Assembly (NCBI RefSeq): GCF_001457615.1 | Contig: NZ_LN831024.1 | Span: 5,670,001 to 5,702,000, forward strand | DNA from: Pseudomonas aeruginosa | GTDB taxonomy: Bacteria; Pseudomonadota; Gammaproteobacteria; Pseudomonadales; Pseudomonadaceae | Reading direction: 5' to 3' | Length of the DNA stretch: 32,000 bases | Part shown: piece after piece, positions 1-9,479 of the stretch | How the letters are laid out: every line of letters begins with the position of its first letter | How positions within the stretch are numbered: position 1 is the first letter of the stretch | Notes under the pieces: model-generated | What the model was told of the DNA's origin: nothing | Databases searched by the model: none | The model's input: only the letters and a program-made list of their open reading frames with translations | Translations under genes and position numbers: made by a program

Positions 1-552
1 ACGCTGGAACAGTTCAAGATAGATGGCGGCGAACTCGGCCGGGGGGAAGCTGTCTGCCTGGCGCACCTGGCCACCAGCTTCCTCCACCAGGCGCACTTCG
101 CGCCGCTGGTTATAGCGGAACTTCTTGGAGAAATCCTCGGGGGCGCGAGCGAAAGCCAGTTGCTCGGTCTGAGGGCGCAGCGTGACGATGTTCCGCTCAT
201 GCAGCGCCGACAGGTAGCGTCCCGCATGGCGGAGGGCGATGCGGGCATCGTCGGCCACCGGCAGGATCAGTTCGGCGTTGCCCAGGTCGTACAGGCCCTT
301 CTTGCCGCGCCGCTTGAGCACGTCCTTGGACAACGCCAGGTGGCGGCCCCAGGTCGGGATCGCCGCAACCAGTTCGCCAGCGCTCTCCCAACCCAGGTAA
401 CGCACCGGGATTCCAGCCATTTCGGCGAGTTGCTCGACCACCAGCGGGTGGGTCGCGACGCTGCCGCCGAAACGCTGCCAGGCCTGGGCGTAGGTCGGCG
501 CGTCCACTTCGCGCCAACCGCGTTCGCGGAAGGCGCGCAACCTGTTCAGCAT
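1..552 (-). CDS. Mig-14-like / GNAT-fold protein, N-terminal 184 aa, truncated by window edge
   Basis: Reverse-strand translation from the ATG at 552 gives MLNRLRAFRERGWREVDAPTYAQAWQRFGGSVATHPLVVEQLAEMAGIPVRYLGWESAGEL...KKFRYNQRREVRLVEEAGG, open to position 1. Missing from the ORF track because it is truncated. Overlaps the wapH stop (546). Family call from memory of the P. aeruginosa locus. Confidence 0.8.
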   Translation of the reverse strand, partial: MLNRLRAFRERGWREVDAPTYAQAWQRFGGSVATHPLVVEQLAEMAGIPVRYLGWESAGELVAAIPTWGRHLALSKDVLKRRGKKGLYDLGNAELILPVADDARIALRHAGRYLSALHERNIVTLRPQTEQLAFARAPEDFSKKFRYNQRREVRLVEEAGGQVRQADSFPPAEFAAIYLELFQR

Positions 553-1682
553 GCAGACTCCGAAGCGAAGCCGGCAATCGTCGGCAGGCGCCAGAATTCG
601 CGGCGCACCGCAGCGTCGGAGAAGCGTGTCTCCAGGCGCTCGAGCATGAGCCGAGCACAGGCCTCGCGCTGGCGGCGGTCAAGCGCCGCCAGGTGGGTCA
701 GGCCCTCGGCCAGGGCCGTCTCGTCGCCCAGCGGGAAGAGGATGCCGACCCCTTCCACCACTTCGCGGGCGCCGCCACAGGCGGTGGCGATCAGCGGTAC
801 ACCGGCGACCATGGCCTCCAGCAGGACCATGCCGAACGGCTCGTGGTCGGAACTCAGGGCGAAGGCGTCGAACGCCTTGAAGTAGCGCCGTGCCTCTTCG
901 ACCTGGCCGAGGAACAGCACGCGCTCGCCGATACCCAGTTCGCAGGCCAGGTCCTTGAGCTGCTCTTCCAGGCGGCCGCTGCCGAGGATCGCCAGCAGGC
1001 TGTTCTGCGGCAGGCGCGGCAGCGCGGCGGCAAAGCCGCGCAGCAGGGTAGCCTGGTCCTTGTCCGGATGCAGGCGGCCGACGTTGCCGACCACCCAGGC
1101 CTCGTCGGGCAGGCGCAGTTGCCGGCGCGCACTCAGGCGCTCGACCTGCTCGGCCTGCAGCGCAGCGACGTCGATGCGGTTGTAGAGCGTCTCGATCCGC
1201 TCCGCCGGCCACTTCGGCAGGCAACGGCGGATATCGTCGCGCACCGCGTCGGACACCGCCAGCAGGCTCAGGCGCTTGCTCATCAGGCCGGCGAAGACCT
1301 TGCGCGACAACCGCTGGTAATCGCCGAAGGCGTGGTGCACGCCAATGATCGGCAGACGAGTGGCCAGGCTGGCGATCCAGATCGGCTTGAAGCGGTGCGC
1401 GATGCAGAAGCGGAAGTCGCGCGAACGGGCGATCTCGCGCAAGTCGCGGATCGCCTTCAGCTTGAGGCCACGGATGTCCCTGGAGCCGTACTCGAGGAAC
1501 AGTACCTCGTCGGAGGCGCAACGCGCCGCCACCTCAGGATCGGAACGCCCGGTGAGGAACACCGTGGTGACCTTGTACGGGGTTCCGGCGAACAGGCTGG
1601 CGTACTGACGGGCACAGTCGAGGAAAGGCCCGTCGTAGCCGTGACAGAACTGCAGGACGCGAGGTTCAGCCGACCGAGTCAT
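546..1682 (-). CDS. wapH: LPS core glycosyltransferase, family 1/4 (WapH-like)
   Basis: 378 aa ORF; GT-B motifs such as VGNVGRLHPDKDQATLLRGFA and SSDHEPFGMVLLEAMVAGVPLIAT; position in the LPS core cluster. Confidence 0.85.
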   Translation of the reverse strand: MTRSAEPRVLQFCHGYDGPFLDCARQYASLFAGTPYKVTTVFLTGRSDPEVAARCASDEVLFLEYGSRDIRGLKLKAIRDLREIARSRDFRFCIAHRFKPIWIASLATRLPIIGVHHAFGDYQRLSRKVFAGLMSKRLSLLAVSDAVRDDIRRCLPKWPAERIETLYNRIDVAALQAEQVERLSARRQLRLPDEAWVVGNVGRLHPDKDQATLLRGFAAALPRLPQNSLLAILGSGRLEEQLKDLACELGIGERVLFLGQVEEARRYFKAFDAFALSSDHEPFGMVLLEAMVAGVPLIATACGGAREVVEGVGILFPLGDETALAEGLTHLAALDRRQREACARLMLERLETRFSDAAVRREFWRLPTIAGFASESAC

Positions 1683-3423
1683 ACCAGTCCACGCCCTCCT
1701 TCACGACCAGGATGTCCTCCATGATCAGGTACTGCAGATCGGAGCCGAAGAACATGTTCAGGGCGTCGGTCGGCGAGCAGATCATCGGTTCTCCACGACG
1801 ATTGAGCGAAGTGTTCAGGGCCACGCCGTTGCCGGTGAGGTTCTCCAGTTCCTTCATCAGGTCGTAGTAGCGCGGGTTGTACTCGCGCTTCAGCACCTGG
1901 GCGCGGGAGGTGCCGTCCTCGTGCACCACTTCCGGCACTCGCTCCTTCCACTCTTCGTTGACTTCGAAGGTGAAGGTCATGAACGGGGCCGGGTGGTCGA
2001 TCTTGAACATCTGCGGGCCGACGGTATCCAGCATCGACGGGCAGAAGGGTCGCCAGCGCTCGCGGAACTTGATCTGCGCATTGATCCGGTCGGCCACGCC
2101 CGGCACGCTCGGGCAGCCGAGAATGGAGCGGCCACCGAGGGCACGCGGACCGAACTCCATGCGTCCCTGGAACCAGGCCACCGGGTTGCCGTCGGCAAGG
2201 ATCCTGCCGATACGCCGGCTGCGGTTGTCGATCTTCTGCCACTGCGGCCTGGCCTCGTGACGGGCGCAGGCGGCGATGACGTCCTCGTTGGAATACTCCG
2301 GGCCGAGGTAGACGTGCTCCATCTTCTCCACCGGCACGCCGCGCTGGTGCGACACGTAGGCCGCCGCGCCGACCGCGGTGCCGGCGTCGCTGGCCGCCGG
2401 CTGGACGAACAGCTCCTTCACTTCGGGGCGCGAGATGATCTTCTGGTTGAGCTTGACGTTCAGCGCGCAGCCGCCGGCGAAAGCGACCTTGCCGGTCTCG
2501 CGGATGATATCGCCGAGGTAGTAGTCCATCATCTCCAGCGCGAGCTTCTCGAACAGCGCCTGGATGCTCGCGGCGTAATGGATGTAGGGATCGTCGGCGA
2601 TGTCGCCTTCGCGCTTGGGCCCCAGCCACTCGATCAGCTTGGGCGAGAAGTAGTAACCCTTGCCTTTCTCCTTGTAGCGGCGGAAGCCGATGACGTTGGC
2701 ATAGTCGGTGTTGATCACCAGTTCGCCGTTCTCGAACTTGGCGAGACGGGAGAAATCGTACTTGCTGGCGTCACCGTAGGGCGCCATGCCCATGACCTTG
2801 AACTCGCCGTCGAGCATGTCGAAGCCGAGGTACTCGGTGATCGCGCCGTACAGGCCGCCCAGCGAATCCGGATCGTAGAACTCCTTGATCTTGTGGATCC
2901 GACCGTTCTCGCCCCAGCCGAAGAAAGTGGTGGCGTATTCGCCCTTGCCGTCGATGCCGAGGATCGCGGTCTTTTCCTTGAACCCCGAGCAATGGTAGGC
3001 ACTGGAGGCGTGGGCAAGGTGGTGCTCGACCGGCTGGATCTTGATTTTCTTCAGGTCGAAGCCGAGTTGCTGCAGGCACCACTCGATGCGCTTGTAGTAA
3101 CGCTTGTAGCGGCGGTTGCCGAGCAGGATCGCATCCAGCGCGCGATCCGGCGCGTAGGCGTAGCGCTTGGCGTAGTGCCAGCGGGCCTTTTCCATGATGC
3201 TGATGGGAGCGAAGGGAATCGCCACCACGTCGACATCGGCCGGCTCGATCCCTGCCTGCTCCAGGCAGAACTTCGCCGATTCGTAGGGCATGCGGTTCTT
3301 CGCGTGCTTGTCGCGCACGAAGCGCTCTTCCTCGACGGCCGCGACCAGCTTGCCGTCGATGTACAGGGCGGCGGACGGGTCATGGCTTACGGCGCCAGAC
3401 AGGCCTAGGACGGTCAATGCCAC
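1666..3423 (-). CDS. wapO: Carbamoyltransferase (NodU/CmcH-type), probable LPS core heptose carbamoyltransferase
   Basis: 585 aa; MALTVLGLSGAVSHDPSAALYIDGKLVAAVEEERF, HHLAHASSAYHCSGF, FAGGCALNVKLNQKI, QGRMEFGPRALGGRSIL motifs of the carbamoyltransferase family. Confidence 0.85.
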   Translation of the reverse strand: MALTVLGLSGAVSHDPSAALYIDGKLVAAVEEERFVRDKHAKNRMPYESAKFCLEQAGIEPADVDVVAIPFAPISIMEKARWHYAKRYAYAPDRALDAILLGNRRYKRYYKRIEWCLQQLGFDLKKIKIQPVEHHLAHASSAYHCSGFKEKTAILGIDGKGEYATTFFGWGENGRIHKIKEFYDPDSLGGLYGAITEYLGFDMLDGEFKVMGMAPYGDASKYDFSRLAKFENGELVINTDYANVIGFRRYKEKGKGYYFSPKLIEWLGPKREGDIADDPYIHYAASIQALFEKLALEMMDYYLGDIIRETGKVAFAGGCALNVKLNQKIISRPEVKELFVQPAASDAGTAVGAAAYVSHQRGVPVEKMEHVYLGPEYSNEDVIAACARHEARPQWQKIDNRSRRIGRILADGNPVAWFQGRMEFGPRALGGRSILGCPSVPGVADRINAQIKFRERWRPFCPSMLDTVGPQMFKIDHPAPFMTFTFEVNEEWKERVPEVVHEDGTSRAQVLKREYNPRYYDLMKELENLTGNGVALNTSLNRRGEPMICSPTDALNMFFGSDLQYLIMEDILVVKEGVDWYDSVG

Positions 3424-3526
3424 GGTAGAACCTCTTCAAAGCAGCTCGCGGTTGCGGAGTGGGACCGACAACCGCGGCTTTCGTTTAACTCGTCGACCGC
3501 CGCAGGCGGTGGTCGTCGCTTGTCCT

Positions 3527-5005
3527 TCAAGCCCCGGCGGCGTCGCCGAGGCGGGGAATCCGTTGCTCCAGCAGCCGGTAGAGGCCGCTGTCCTGCGGCC
3601 AGTTGCGCAGGAAGCGCGCGCGGTCGCGGGCGTAGGCGCGGGCAAAGGACGCCTGGCTGTGATGCTTGCGCATCGCGTCCAGGTCGATCAGCGCCCATTC
3701 GCCGCCTTGTTCATGGGCCTGCCAGAACAGGTTGTGTCCCTTCAGGTCGCCGTGGCTGATGCGTTCGCGGATCAGCGTCGAAAACAGCCGATCCAGTGCC
3801 GCCAACTCGGCTTCCGGTGGCGAAACGGCGCCATCGGGCATGTCCAGGCAAGGCTTAAAACGAGCGATTATATCCTGACCGCCGAGATAATCGGTAATCA
3901 GGTAGGCGCGCCCGCGCAGCCAGCACCAGCGCCGCTCCAGCATCGCCAGCGGACGGGCGGTGGCGATGCCGAGGAATTCCAGGCGGTTGCCTTCGCGCCA
4001 GGAGGCCCAGGCCCGGCTCGGCCGCCAGAAGCGCTTCAGCCAATGGACCCAGCCCTTGATGTTGTAGCGCTTGATGATCAGCGTGCGGCCGTTCGCTTCG
4101 ACCCGGGCGACGGTGGCCGCGCCGCCGTCCTTGTAGACGTGGCCGGCGGCGATCAGGCGGTCCGCGTCCGCCAGCAGGGGCGCCATCGTCTCGGCCTCGC
4201 TGCGGCGGGCGGCGAACAGGCGGAACGGACCGCGCACGACACTGAACAGGCTACAGTCGCGACCGACCTTCCTCAGCAGGTCGCGCACCCGCCAGCGGCG
4301 AACCTTGGCGATTTCCTTCTGCAAGGCTTCGAGCGGCAGCGCATGCTCGCCGTTGGCCAGCAGGTAATGCACCAGCAACTCCTCCAGGAAAGGATCGAGG
4401 AGCGCCGGCAACTGGGCGAAGAACACCCCGAGGTTTTCCAGCACTTTCTGTCGCGACAGCGGCTGGCCGGGAGTTTCCGCACGCACGCCGCCACCGTCGA
4501 TGAGATACAGGCGGCCGGCGTGGCGCAACAGGTTGTCCAGGTGCAGGTCGTCCTGCCAGAGGCCCTTTGCATGCAGCTCGCCAATGGCTGCCAGGGCTTC
4601 GCCGAGCACCGCTTGCTGGGCATCGCCCAGCGGCGCCTGGGCCTCCACCGCACGCCAGGCGTCACCGAGGCTCTGCGCCGCGTCGAGGTAGTCGAACAGC
4701 AGCCAGCCGCCCTCGCCCTGCTGCAGCCCGTCGGCCAGCAGCGCCGGGGTGGTCAGCCCCTGGGCCGCGAGCAGACGCGCCCCTTCCAGTTCGCGCTGGA
4801 AATGCCGTGCGGCCTTGCCGCCCACCAGCAGCTTGGCCAGCACCTTGCGCCCACGCCATTCGCCGGCACCGACGTAGCGCTGCCCGGGCAGCACCCGCAG
4901 CAGACTGTCCAGGCGCAGTTCGGCAGCGCCAGCGCCATCCGCCAGGGTCACCCGCAATGGCAGTTGCGGGTGGCGCCCGGCGGCTTGCAGTTCGGCCAGT
5001 CTCAT
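3527..5005 (-). CDS. LPS core kinase-fold protein with two kinase-like modules
   Basis: In-frame start MRLAELQAAGRHPQLPLRV at 5005, 4-nt overlap with the upstream stop; about 492 aa. Contains GLWQDDLHLDNLL...LYLIDGG and later RISHGDLKGHNLFW...WALIDLDAMRKHH. The longer 3527..5689 ORF in the track is an N-terminal over-extension. Confidence 0.8.
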   Translation of the reverse strand: MRLAELQAAGRHPQLPLRVTLADGAGAAELRLDSLLRVLPGQRYVGAGEWRGRKVLAKLLVGGKAARHFQRELEGARLLAAQGLTTPALLADGLQQGEGGWLLFDYLDAAQSLGDAWRAVEAQAPLGDAQQAVLGEALAAIGELHAKGLWQDDLHLDNLLRHAGRLYLIDGGGVRAETPGQPLSRQKVLENLGVFFAQLPALLDPFLEELLVHYLLANGEHALPLEALQKEIAKVRRWRVRDLLRKVGRDCSLFSVVRGPFRLFAARRSEAETMAPLLADADRLIAAGHVYKDGGAATVARVEANGRTLIIKRYNIKGWVHWLKRFWRPSRAWASWREGNRLEFLGIATARPLAMLERRWCWLRGRAYLITDYLGGQDIIARFKPCLDMPDGAVSPPEAELAALDRLFSTLIRERISHGDLKGHNLFWQAHEQGGEWALIDLDAMRKHHSQASFARAYARDRARFLRNWPQDSGLYRLLEQRIPRLGDAAGA

Positions 5006-5760
5006 CGGCGCGACTCCTTGCGCCGACGGCGCTGGTCGAGAAGGCGATACCACTGCTCGACCTCGGCCGAGTCGAGGGGTTCGTCGACATAGGCGGAGAT
5101 GAATTCGTGCACGTCCGCTTCGCTCCAGTCCGGGGCACGGCGCAGCATCGGCTCCAGGTCCTTGACCTGGTCGCGGCGGCCGAACCAGATCGGGCGGGTC
5201 TTCTCCAGGTCGATCAGGCAGGCCTCGAAGACACCATCGGCCCCCTCGCGGAGGAATACATGCTTGGGATAGAAGCAACCATGCATCTGTCCGGCGGCGT
5301 GCAGCTGGCGCGCCAGCCTGCCAACCGCCCGGAGAATCGCCCGGCGCCGCTCTTCGGCCAGGTCGTGCCAGGACGCCAGCCAGGTGTCCAGGTCCTGCCA
5401 ACCGTCCAGGGCGCGGGTCAGGAGGATCGCCTGGCGCTCTCCGCCGACCGCCTGCTGGGCGAAGAACGCCGCCTGCAGGGCGGGAATGCCCAGCGCCCGG
5501 TAGCGCTCGATGTTGCGGAACTCGCGGGCGAAGGTCGGCTCGCCCAGCGGATGGCGCAGGCTGCGGGTCAGGTGGTTGCTCTGGCGCTTCAGGTAGTAGG
5601 CGGAGTCGCCCAGGTCGAGGCGGTAGACGCTGCTCCAGCCACCCCGCTCGGTATTCGGTTCGTCCACGGCGTCCAGCTGCAAGGCCCACAGGGCGTCGAA
5701 GCTGTCCAGACGGTTGCGCTGGAGCAGGTCGTGATCCTGCGCGGCGATGAAAACGCTCAT
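5002..5760 (-). CDS. wapQ: WapQ/InaA-like kinase-fold protein of the LPS core cluster
   Basis: In-frame start MSVFIAAQDHDLLQRNRLD at 5760, 4-nt overlap with the upstream gene; 252 aa; motifs SSVYRLDLGDSAYYLKRQ, HGCFYPKHVF, ACLIDLEKTR. Track ORF 5002..6012 is over-extended. Confidence 0.75.
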   Translation of the reverse strand: MSVFIAAQDHDLLQRNRLDSFDALWALQLDAVDEPNTERGGWSSVYRLDLGDSAYYLKRQSNHLTRSLRHPLGEPTFAREFRNIERYRALGIPALQAAFFAQQAVGGERQAILLTRALDGWQDLDTWLASWHDLAEERRRAILRAVGRLARQLHAAGQMHGCFYPKHVFLREGADGVFEACLIDLEKTRPIWFGRRDQVKDLEPMLRRAPDWSEADVHEFISAYVDEPLDSAEVEQWYRLLDQRRRRKESRR

Positions 5761-6491
5761 TCGCGCCCCTCGAAGAAAGCCACCACCTGGCGAATACGCT
5801 TCTTGTCGGATTCGTTCAGGTGCCGGCGACGGCGATATTGCAGGTAGAAGCGCAGGCGCTGGGTGCGCGACAGGTGGTACTTGGCCACCTTGTCCAGGCA
5901 GGCCAGGTCCTTGGTGATCCGATAGCGCAGCATGAAGCTCCACCAGAACGCGCCGTTCGGGCAGTCGATGAAATACACCAGCGGCTGGTCGTCCACCAGC
6001 AGGTTGCGCCACTTCAGGTCGTTATGGGTGAAATGCTGGTCGTGCATCAGGCGCGTAGCCTTGGCGATCTGCCGGCTGACGCCGTCCACCCAGCGCGGGT
6101 CCTTCAGGCGCGGATCCCGGTTGCAGGCGAGCACCGACAAGTCCTCGGTGCCCGGCAGCTCGCGGGTGATCATGGCGCCGCGCTGGAAGGCGCCGGCCTT
6201 GCGCTCCAGCCCCCAGGCGACCACTTCGGCGGTGGGAATGCCCCACTTCTCGAAGCGCTTGAGGTTCTGCCACTCGGCCTTGATCCGCGGTCGCGCCAGG
6301 TAGCGGCGCAGGCCCTTGCCGGCGCTGCGGTAGCGCTTGACGTAGTAACGCACGCCGTCGCGCTCGATGCGGATGACTTCGGACAACGGGTCGCGGGTCA
6401 GGCGCTCGCCCTCCAGGGCGAACACGCTATCGAGGCTACCGAAGTCGGCGGCCAGGTGACGGTAATCGGGTTCGAGGGTCCACCCCGCCAT
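5757..6491 (-). CDS. wapP: LPS core heptose kinase family protein (WapP-like)
   Basis: 244 aa; GVRYYVKRYRSAGKGLRRYL..., QHFTHNDLKWRNLLVDDQPLVYFIDCPNG kinase catalytic motifs; location between waaP and wapQ. Confidence 0.8.
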   Translation of the reverse strand: MAGWTLEPDYRHLAADFGSLDSVFALEGERLTRDPLSEVIRIERDGVRYYVKRYRSAGKGLRRYLARPRIKAEWQNLKRFEKWGIPTAEVVAWGLERKAGAFQRGAMITRELPGTEDLSVLACNRDPRLKDPRWVDGVSRQIAKATRLMHDQHFTHNDLKWRNLLVDDQPLVYFIDCPNGAFWWSFMLRYRITKDLACLDKVAKYHLSRTQRLRFYLQYRRRRHLNESDKKRIRQVVAFFEGRE

Positions 6492-7297
6492 CAGAGCAGG
6501 TCTCCGTAACGCTGCTTGCGTTCGTAGAGTTTTTCCGCCTTGCGTTCCATCCAGGCCAGCAGGCCGGCCTCGTCGCGCAGTATCTCGCGCAACGGCCGGC
6601 GGAAATAGGTGCGCAGGAAGCGTAGCTTGTCGCGACGCGTCAGTCCGATGTCCAGCGCAGAGAAATACAATGCCGCCAGATCCTTGTTACGCCAGCGTTT
6701 CGGCGTGGCGTCGCGGGTCTGGGCACGGTGCAGATCGATCACCGAGAGGCGGAAATCGTCCGCGCTCACCGGCTTGTCGGTGTGCAACAGGAAATGACAG
6801 ATGTAGCAGTCGCGATGGTTGACTCCGGCACGGTGCATGTCGCCGACCATCCGCGCCACCGCCTCGACCAGCGCGCGCTTGAGCCGCGGCGGTGGAGGAC
6901 GTTCGCGCCAGTCCTGGGAGAACACCTCGAGGTCCACGGTCGGCGCCAGTTCCTCGGTGACGATGAAGGAATGCTGCCGCGCCGGATCGCTGCCGCGCTC
7001 GCCGTAGGCGACCGCGGTCATGGTCGCTACGCCGGCCTCGTGCAGGCGCCGGATGGCCTGCCACTCCTGGCGCGCGCCGAGCACCGGGAGCTTGGCGGTG
7101 AGCAGGTTCTTGGCGATCTCGCCCCAGCCGATGCCACGGTGGATCTTGACGAAGTAGCCACGCCCGTCGACCTCGGTGCGCAGGGTGCGGCGCCCTTCCA
7201 GTTCGCGGTAGACCTTGCCTTGCAGCGCCTCCACCGCCTCGAACGGGTCGCGCCCGTTCCACAGGCGCTTGAACGGCTCTTCCAGCACCAGCCTCAT
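6491..7297 (-). CDS. waaP: LPS core heptose(I) kinase WaaP
   Basis: 268 aa from in-frame MRLVLEEPFKRLWNGRDPFEAVEALQGKVYRELEGRRTLRTEV; RAGVNHRDCYICHFLLH motif; 4-nt overlap with the waaG stop. Track ORF 6491..8338 is over-extended. Confidence 0.9.
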   Translation of the reverse strand: MRLVLEEPFKRLWNGRDPFEAVEALQGKVYRELEGRRTLRTEVDGRGYFVKIHRGIGWGEIAKNLLTAKLPVLGARQEWQAIRRLHEAGVATMTAVAYGERGSDPARQHSFIVTEELAPTVDLEVFSQDWRERPPPPRLKRALVEAVARMVGDMHRAGVNHRDCYICHFLLHTDKPVSADDFRLSVIDLHRAQTRDATPKRWRNKDLAALYFSALDIGLTRRDKLRFLRTYFRRPLREILRDEAGLLAWMERKAEKLYERKQRYGDLL

Positions 7298-8415
7298 GAG
7301 GCCTCCCCGAGGATCAGGTCGGCGGCGCGCTGCGGCATGCTGTAGAGGTCGGCGTGATCGGCGTAGGCCAGGCCATTGCGCGACCAGGCGGCGCGCGCCG
7401 GAGCGTCCTCCAGCATTTCCGCGAGCAGGCGGTTGAGACTGTCCTGCTCGAAGGGACTCGGCAGCACCCGCCCGGCGTCGGCCTCGGCGATGTAGTGGGC
7501 ATAGCCGCAGACATCGGTCACCAACACCGGCAGGCCGGAGACCAGCGCCTCCAGCAGCACCGTACCGGTGTTCTCGTTGTAGGCCGGGTGGATCAGCAGG
7601 TCGGCGCCGAGCAGGAAGCGCGGGATATCGCTGCGACCCTTGAGGATCTGTACCTGGTCGTTGAGACCGAGGGCGGCGATCTGTAGCAGGAACGGCTTGG
7701 GATCGTCCTGGCCGATGGCGATCAGCCGGGTACGCCTGCGCAACGCCTTGGGCAGCGCGGCCAGCGCCTTCAGGCTGCGATCCAGGCCCTTGGTCTTGAA
7801 GCCGGAACCGATCTGCACCAGCAGCAGGTCGTCCTCCTCCAGGCCGAACTCGCGGCGGAATTCCGCACGCACGTCCGCGGCGTTGGCCGGCGCCCGGCGA
7901 TCCTGGCTGATCCCCGGCGGCAGCAGATGGAAACGCTCGGCCTGGGTGCCGTAGTGCTTGACGAAGAGCGGCTGCTGCACCTCGGAGATCATCAGGATCT
8001 CGGTCTTCGAGGCCGGGTCGAACACTGCCCGTTCGTAGCCGGCGAAGTGGCGGTAGCGGCCCCACTGGCGGTACAGCGGGTTGCGCAAGGTCTGGGCCTT
8101 TTCCTCGAAACAGGCGTCGGCGGCGTAGTAGACATCCAGTCCGGGCATCTTGTTGAAGCCGATCACCCGCTGCACCGGGCGCCTGTCCAGGTCGGCGCGG
8201 ACCCACGCGGTGAACTTCTCGTTGCGCCGGTGGTTGAAGATCGAGCGCACCGGGGCCACCAGCACTTCGAAGCCGTCCGGCACGTCGCCCTCCCAGATCA
8301 GCGTATAGACGCGGATGTCGTGCCCGCGCCGCTGGCATTCCAGGGCGATGCGCATGAAGTCACGCTGCAGGCCGCCGAAGGGGAAGTATTTGTAGAGGAT
8401 GAACGCCAGGGTCAT
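7294..8415 (-). CDS. waaG: LPS core glycosyltransferase I WaaG
   Basis: 373 aa from MTLAFILYKYFPFGGLQRDFMRIALECQRRGHDIRVYT; NTGTVLLEALVSGLPVLVTDVCGYAHYI motif. Start 25 codons inside the track ORF. Confidence 0.9.
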   Translation of the reverse strand: MTLAFILYKYFPFGGLQRDFMRIALECQRRGHDIRVYTLIWEGDVPDGFEVLVAPVRSIFNHRRNEKFTAWVRADLDRRPVQRVIGFNKMPGLDVYYAADACFEEKAQTLRNPLYRQWGRYRHFAGYERAVFDPASKTEILMISEVQQPLFVKHYGTQAERFHLLPPGISQDRRAPANAADVRAEFRREFGLEEDDLLLVQIGSGFKTKGLDRSLKALAALPKALRRRTRLIAIGQDDPKPFLLQIAALGLNDQVQILKGRSDIPRFLLGADLLIHPAYNENTGTVLLEALVSGLPVLVTDVCGYAHYIAEADAGRVLPSPFEQDSLNRLLAEMLEDAPARAAWSRNGLAYADHADLYSMPQRAADLILGEAS

Positions 8416-9479
8416 CGGAGGGTCTCCGGGGCCAGCAGCATGGCCTCCAGCTGGGTGGCCACGCGCTGGGGATTCAGCCGGGTGAAGCACAGCGGCTGCT
8501 CACGCTTGAGATCGAACAGTTTGCGATCCTCTTCGGTCGGCTGGTAGGTACAGGTCTTCTTCAGGCACGGCGCACAGGGGAAGTCGCTGCCCAGGTGGAC
8601 CTGGGAACGCCCGTAGGCGCCGGTGAAGCCAGGATTGGTCGGGCCGAACAGCGACAGCGTCGGCACGTCCAGCGCCGCCGCCAGGTGACCGAGGCCGGTA
8701 TCCACCGCCACGCAGGCGCGCGCGCCGGCAAGCACCTTGGCCATGCCGGCCAGGGATAATCTGGGGAGTACCGCGGCATTTTCCAACCCCGCCGCCAGGC
8801 GCCCGGCCCGCTCCCGCTCGGCGGCGCTGCCCCAGGGCAGGCGCACCGACCAGCCGCGCTCGCACATGCGCTCGGCCAGTTCGCGCCAGTAGGCTTCCGG
8901 CCAATGCTTGGTGTCCCAGGTAGTACCGTGCAGGAACACCAGGTACGGCGCGCCAGGGTCGGCGTCGGCCAACTGCTCGCGGTCCAGGCCATAGTCACCG
9001 ACCGACTCGGGCAACGGGTAGTCCAGCGCCTGGGCGAACAACTGGCGCGTGCGCTCCACCGCATGCTGTCCCCAGGCGACCGGATAGGCACGGCGATAGA
9101 AGCGGCTGGCGAGCGGCTCGCGCGCCGAGTCGCGATCGAGACCGGCGACCGGCGTCTTGCCCACGTAGCGGGTCAGCCAGGCACTCTTCAGCAGCCCCTG
9201 GGCGTCGATCACCAGGTCATAGTCGACTTCCTTCAGGCGCTGCTTGAAGCGCCGCCATTCGCCGTTGCGCAGGGTCTGCCAGAGGTTCTTTCGCCAGCGC
9301 CGGATCGCCACCGGGATCACCCGCGCCACCGCCGGATGCCAGGCGGGAATCTCGGCGAAACCTTCCTCCACCACCCAGTCGAACTGGATGCCGGGAATCG
9401 CCCGGGCGGCGTCGGTAAGCGCCGGCAGGGTGTGGATCACGTCGCCGAGGGACGAGGTCTTGACCAGCAGCACCCTCAT
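8412..9479 (-). CDS. waaC: ADP-heptose:LPS heptosyltransferase I WaaC
   Basis: 355 aa from MRVLLVKTSSLGDVIHTLPALTDA; FLHGTTWDTKHWPEAYW and VAVDTGLGHLAAAL motifs of glycosyltransferase family 9. Confidence 0.93.
   Translation of the reverse strand: MRVLLVKTSSLGDVIHTLPALTDAARAIPGIQFDWVVEEGFAEIPAWHPAVARVIPVAIRRWRKNLWQTLRNGEWRRFKQRLKEVDYDLVIDAQGLLKSAWLTRYVGKTPVAGLDRDSAREPLASRFYRRAYPVAWGQHAVERTRQLFAQALDYPLPESVGDYGLDREQLADADPGAPYLVFLHGTTWDTKHWPEAYWRELAERMCERGWSVRLPWGSAAERERAGRLAAGLENAAVLPRLSLAGMAKVLAGARACVAVDTGLGHLAAALDVPTLSLFGPTNPGFTGAYGRSQVHLGSDFPCAPCLKKTCTYQPTEEDRKLFDLKREQPLCFTRLNPQRVATQLEAMLLAPETLR

Noticed and set aside
3527-8338. Over-long minus-strand ORFs (720, 336 and 615 aa)
   Set aside because: Their N-terminal parts are frame extensions through neighbouring genes; real starts at 5005, 5760 and 7297 fit 4-nt overlaps and family motifs.
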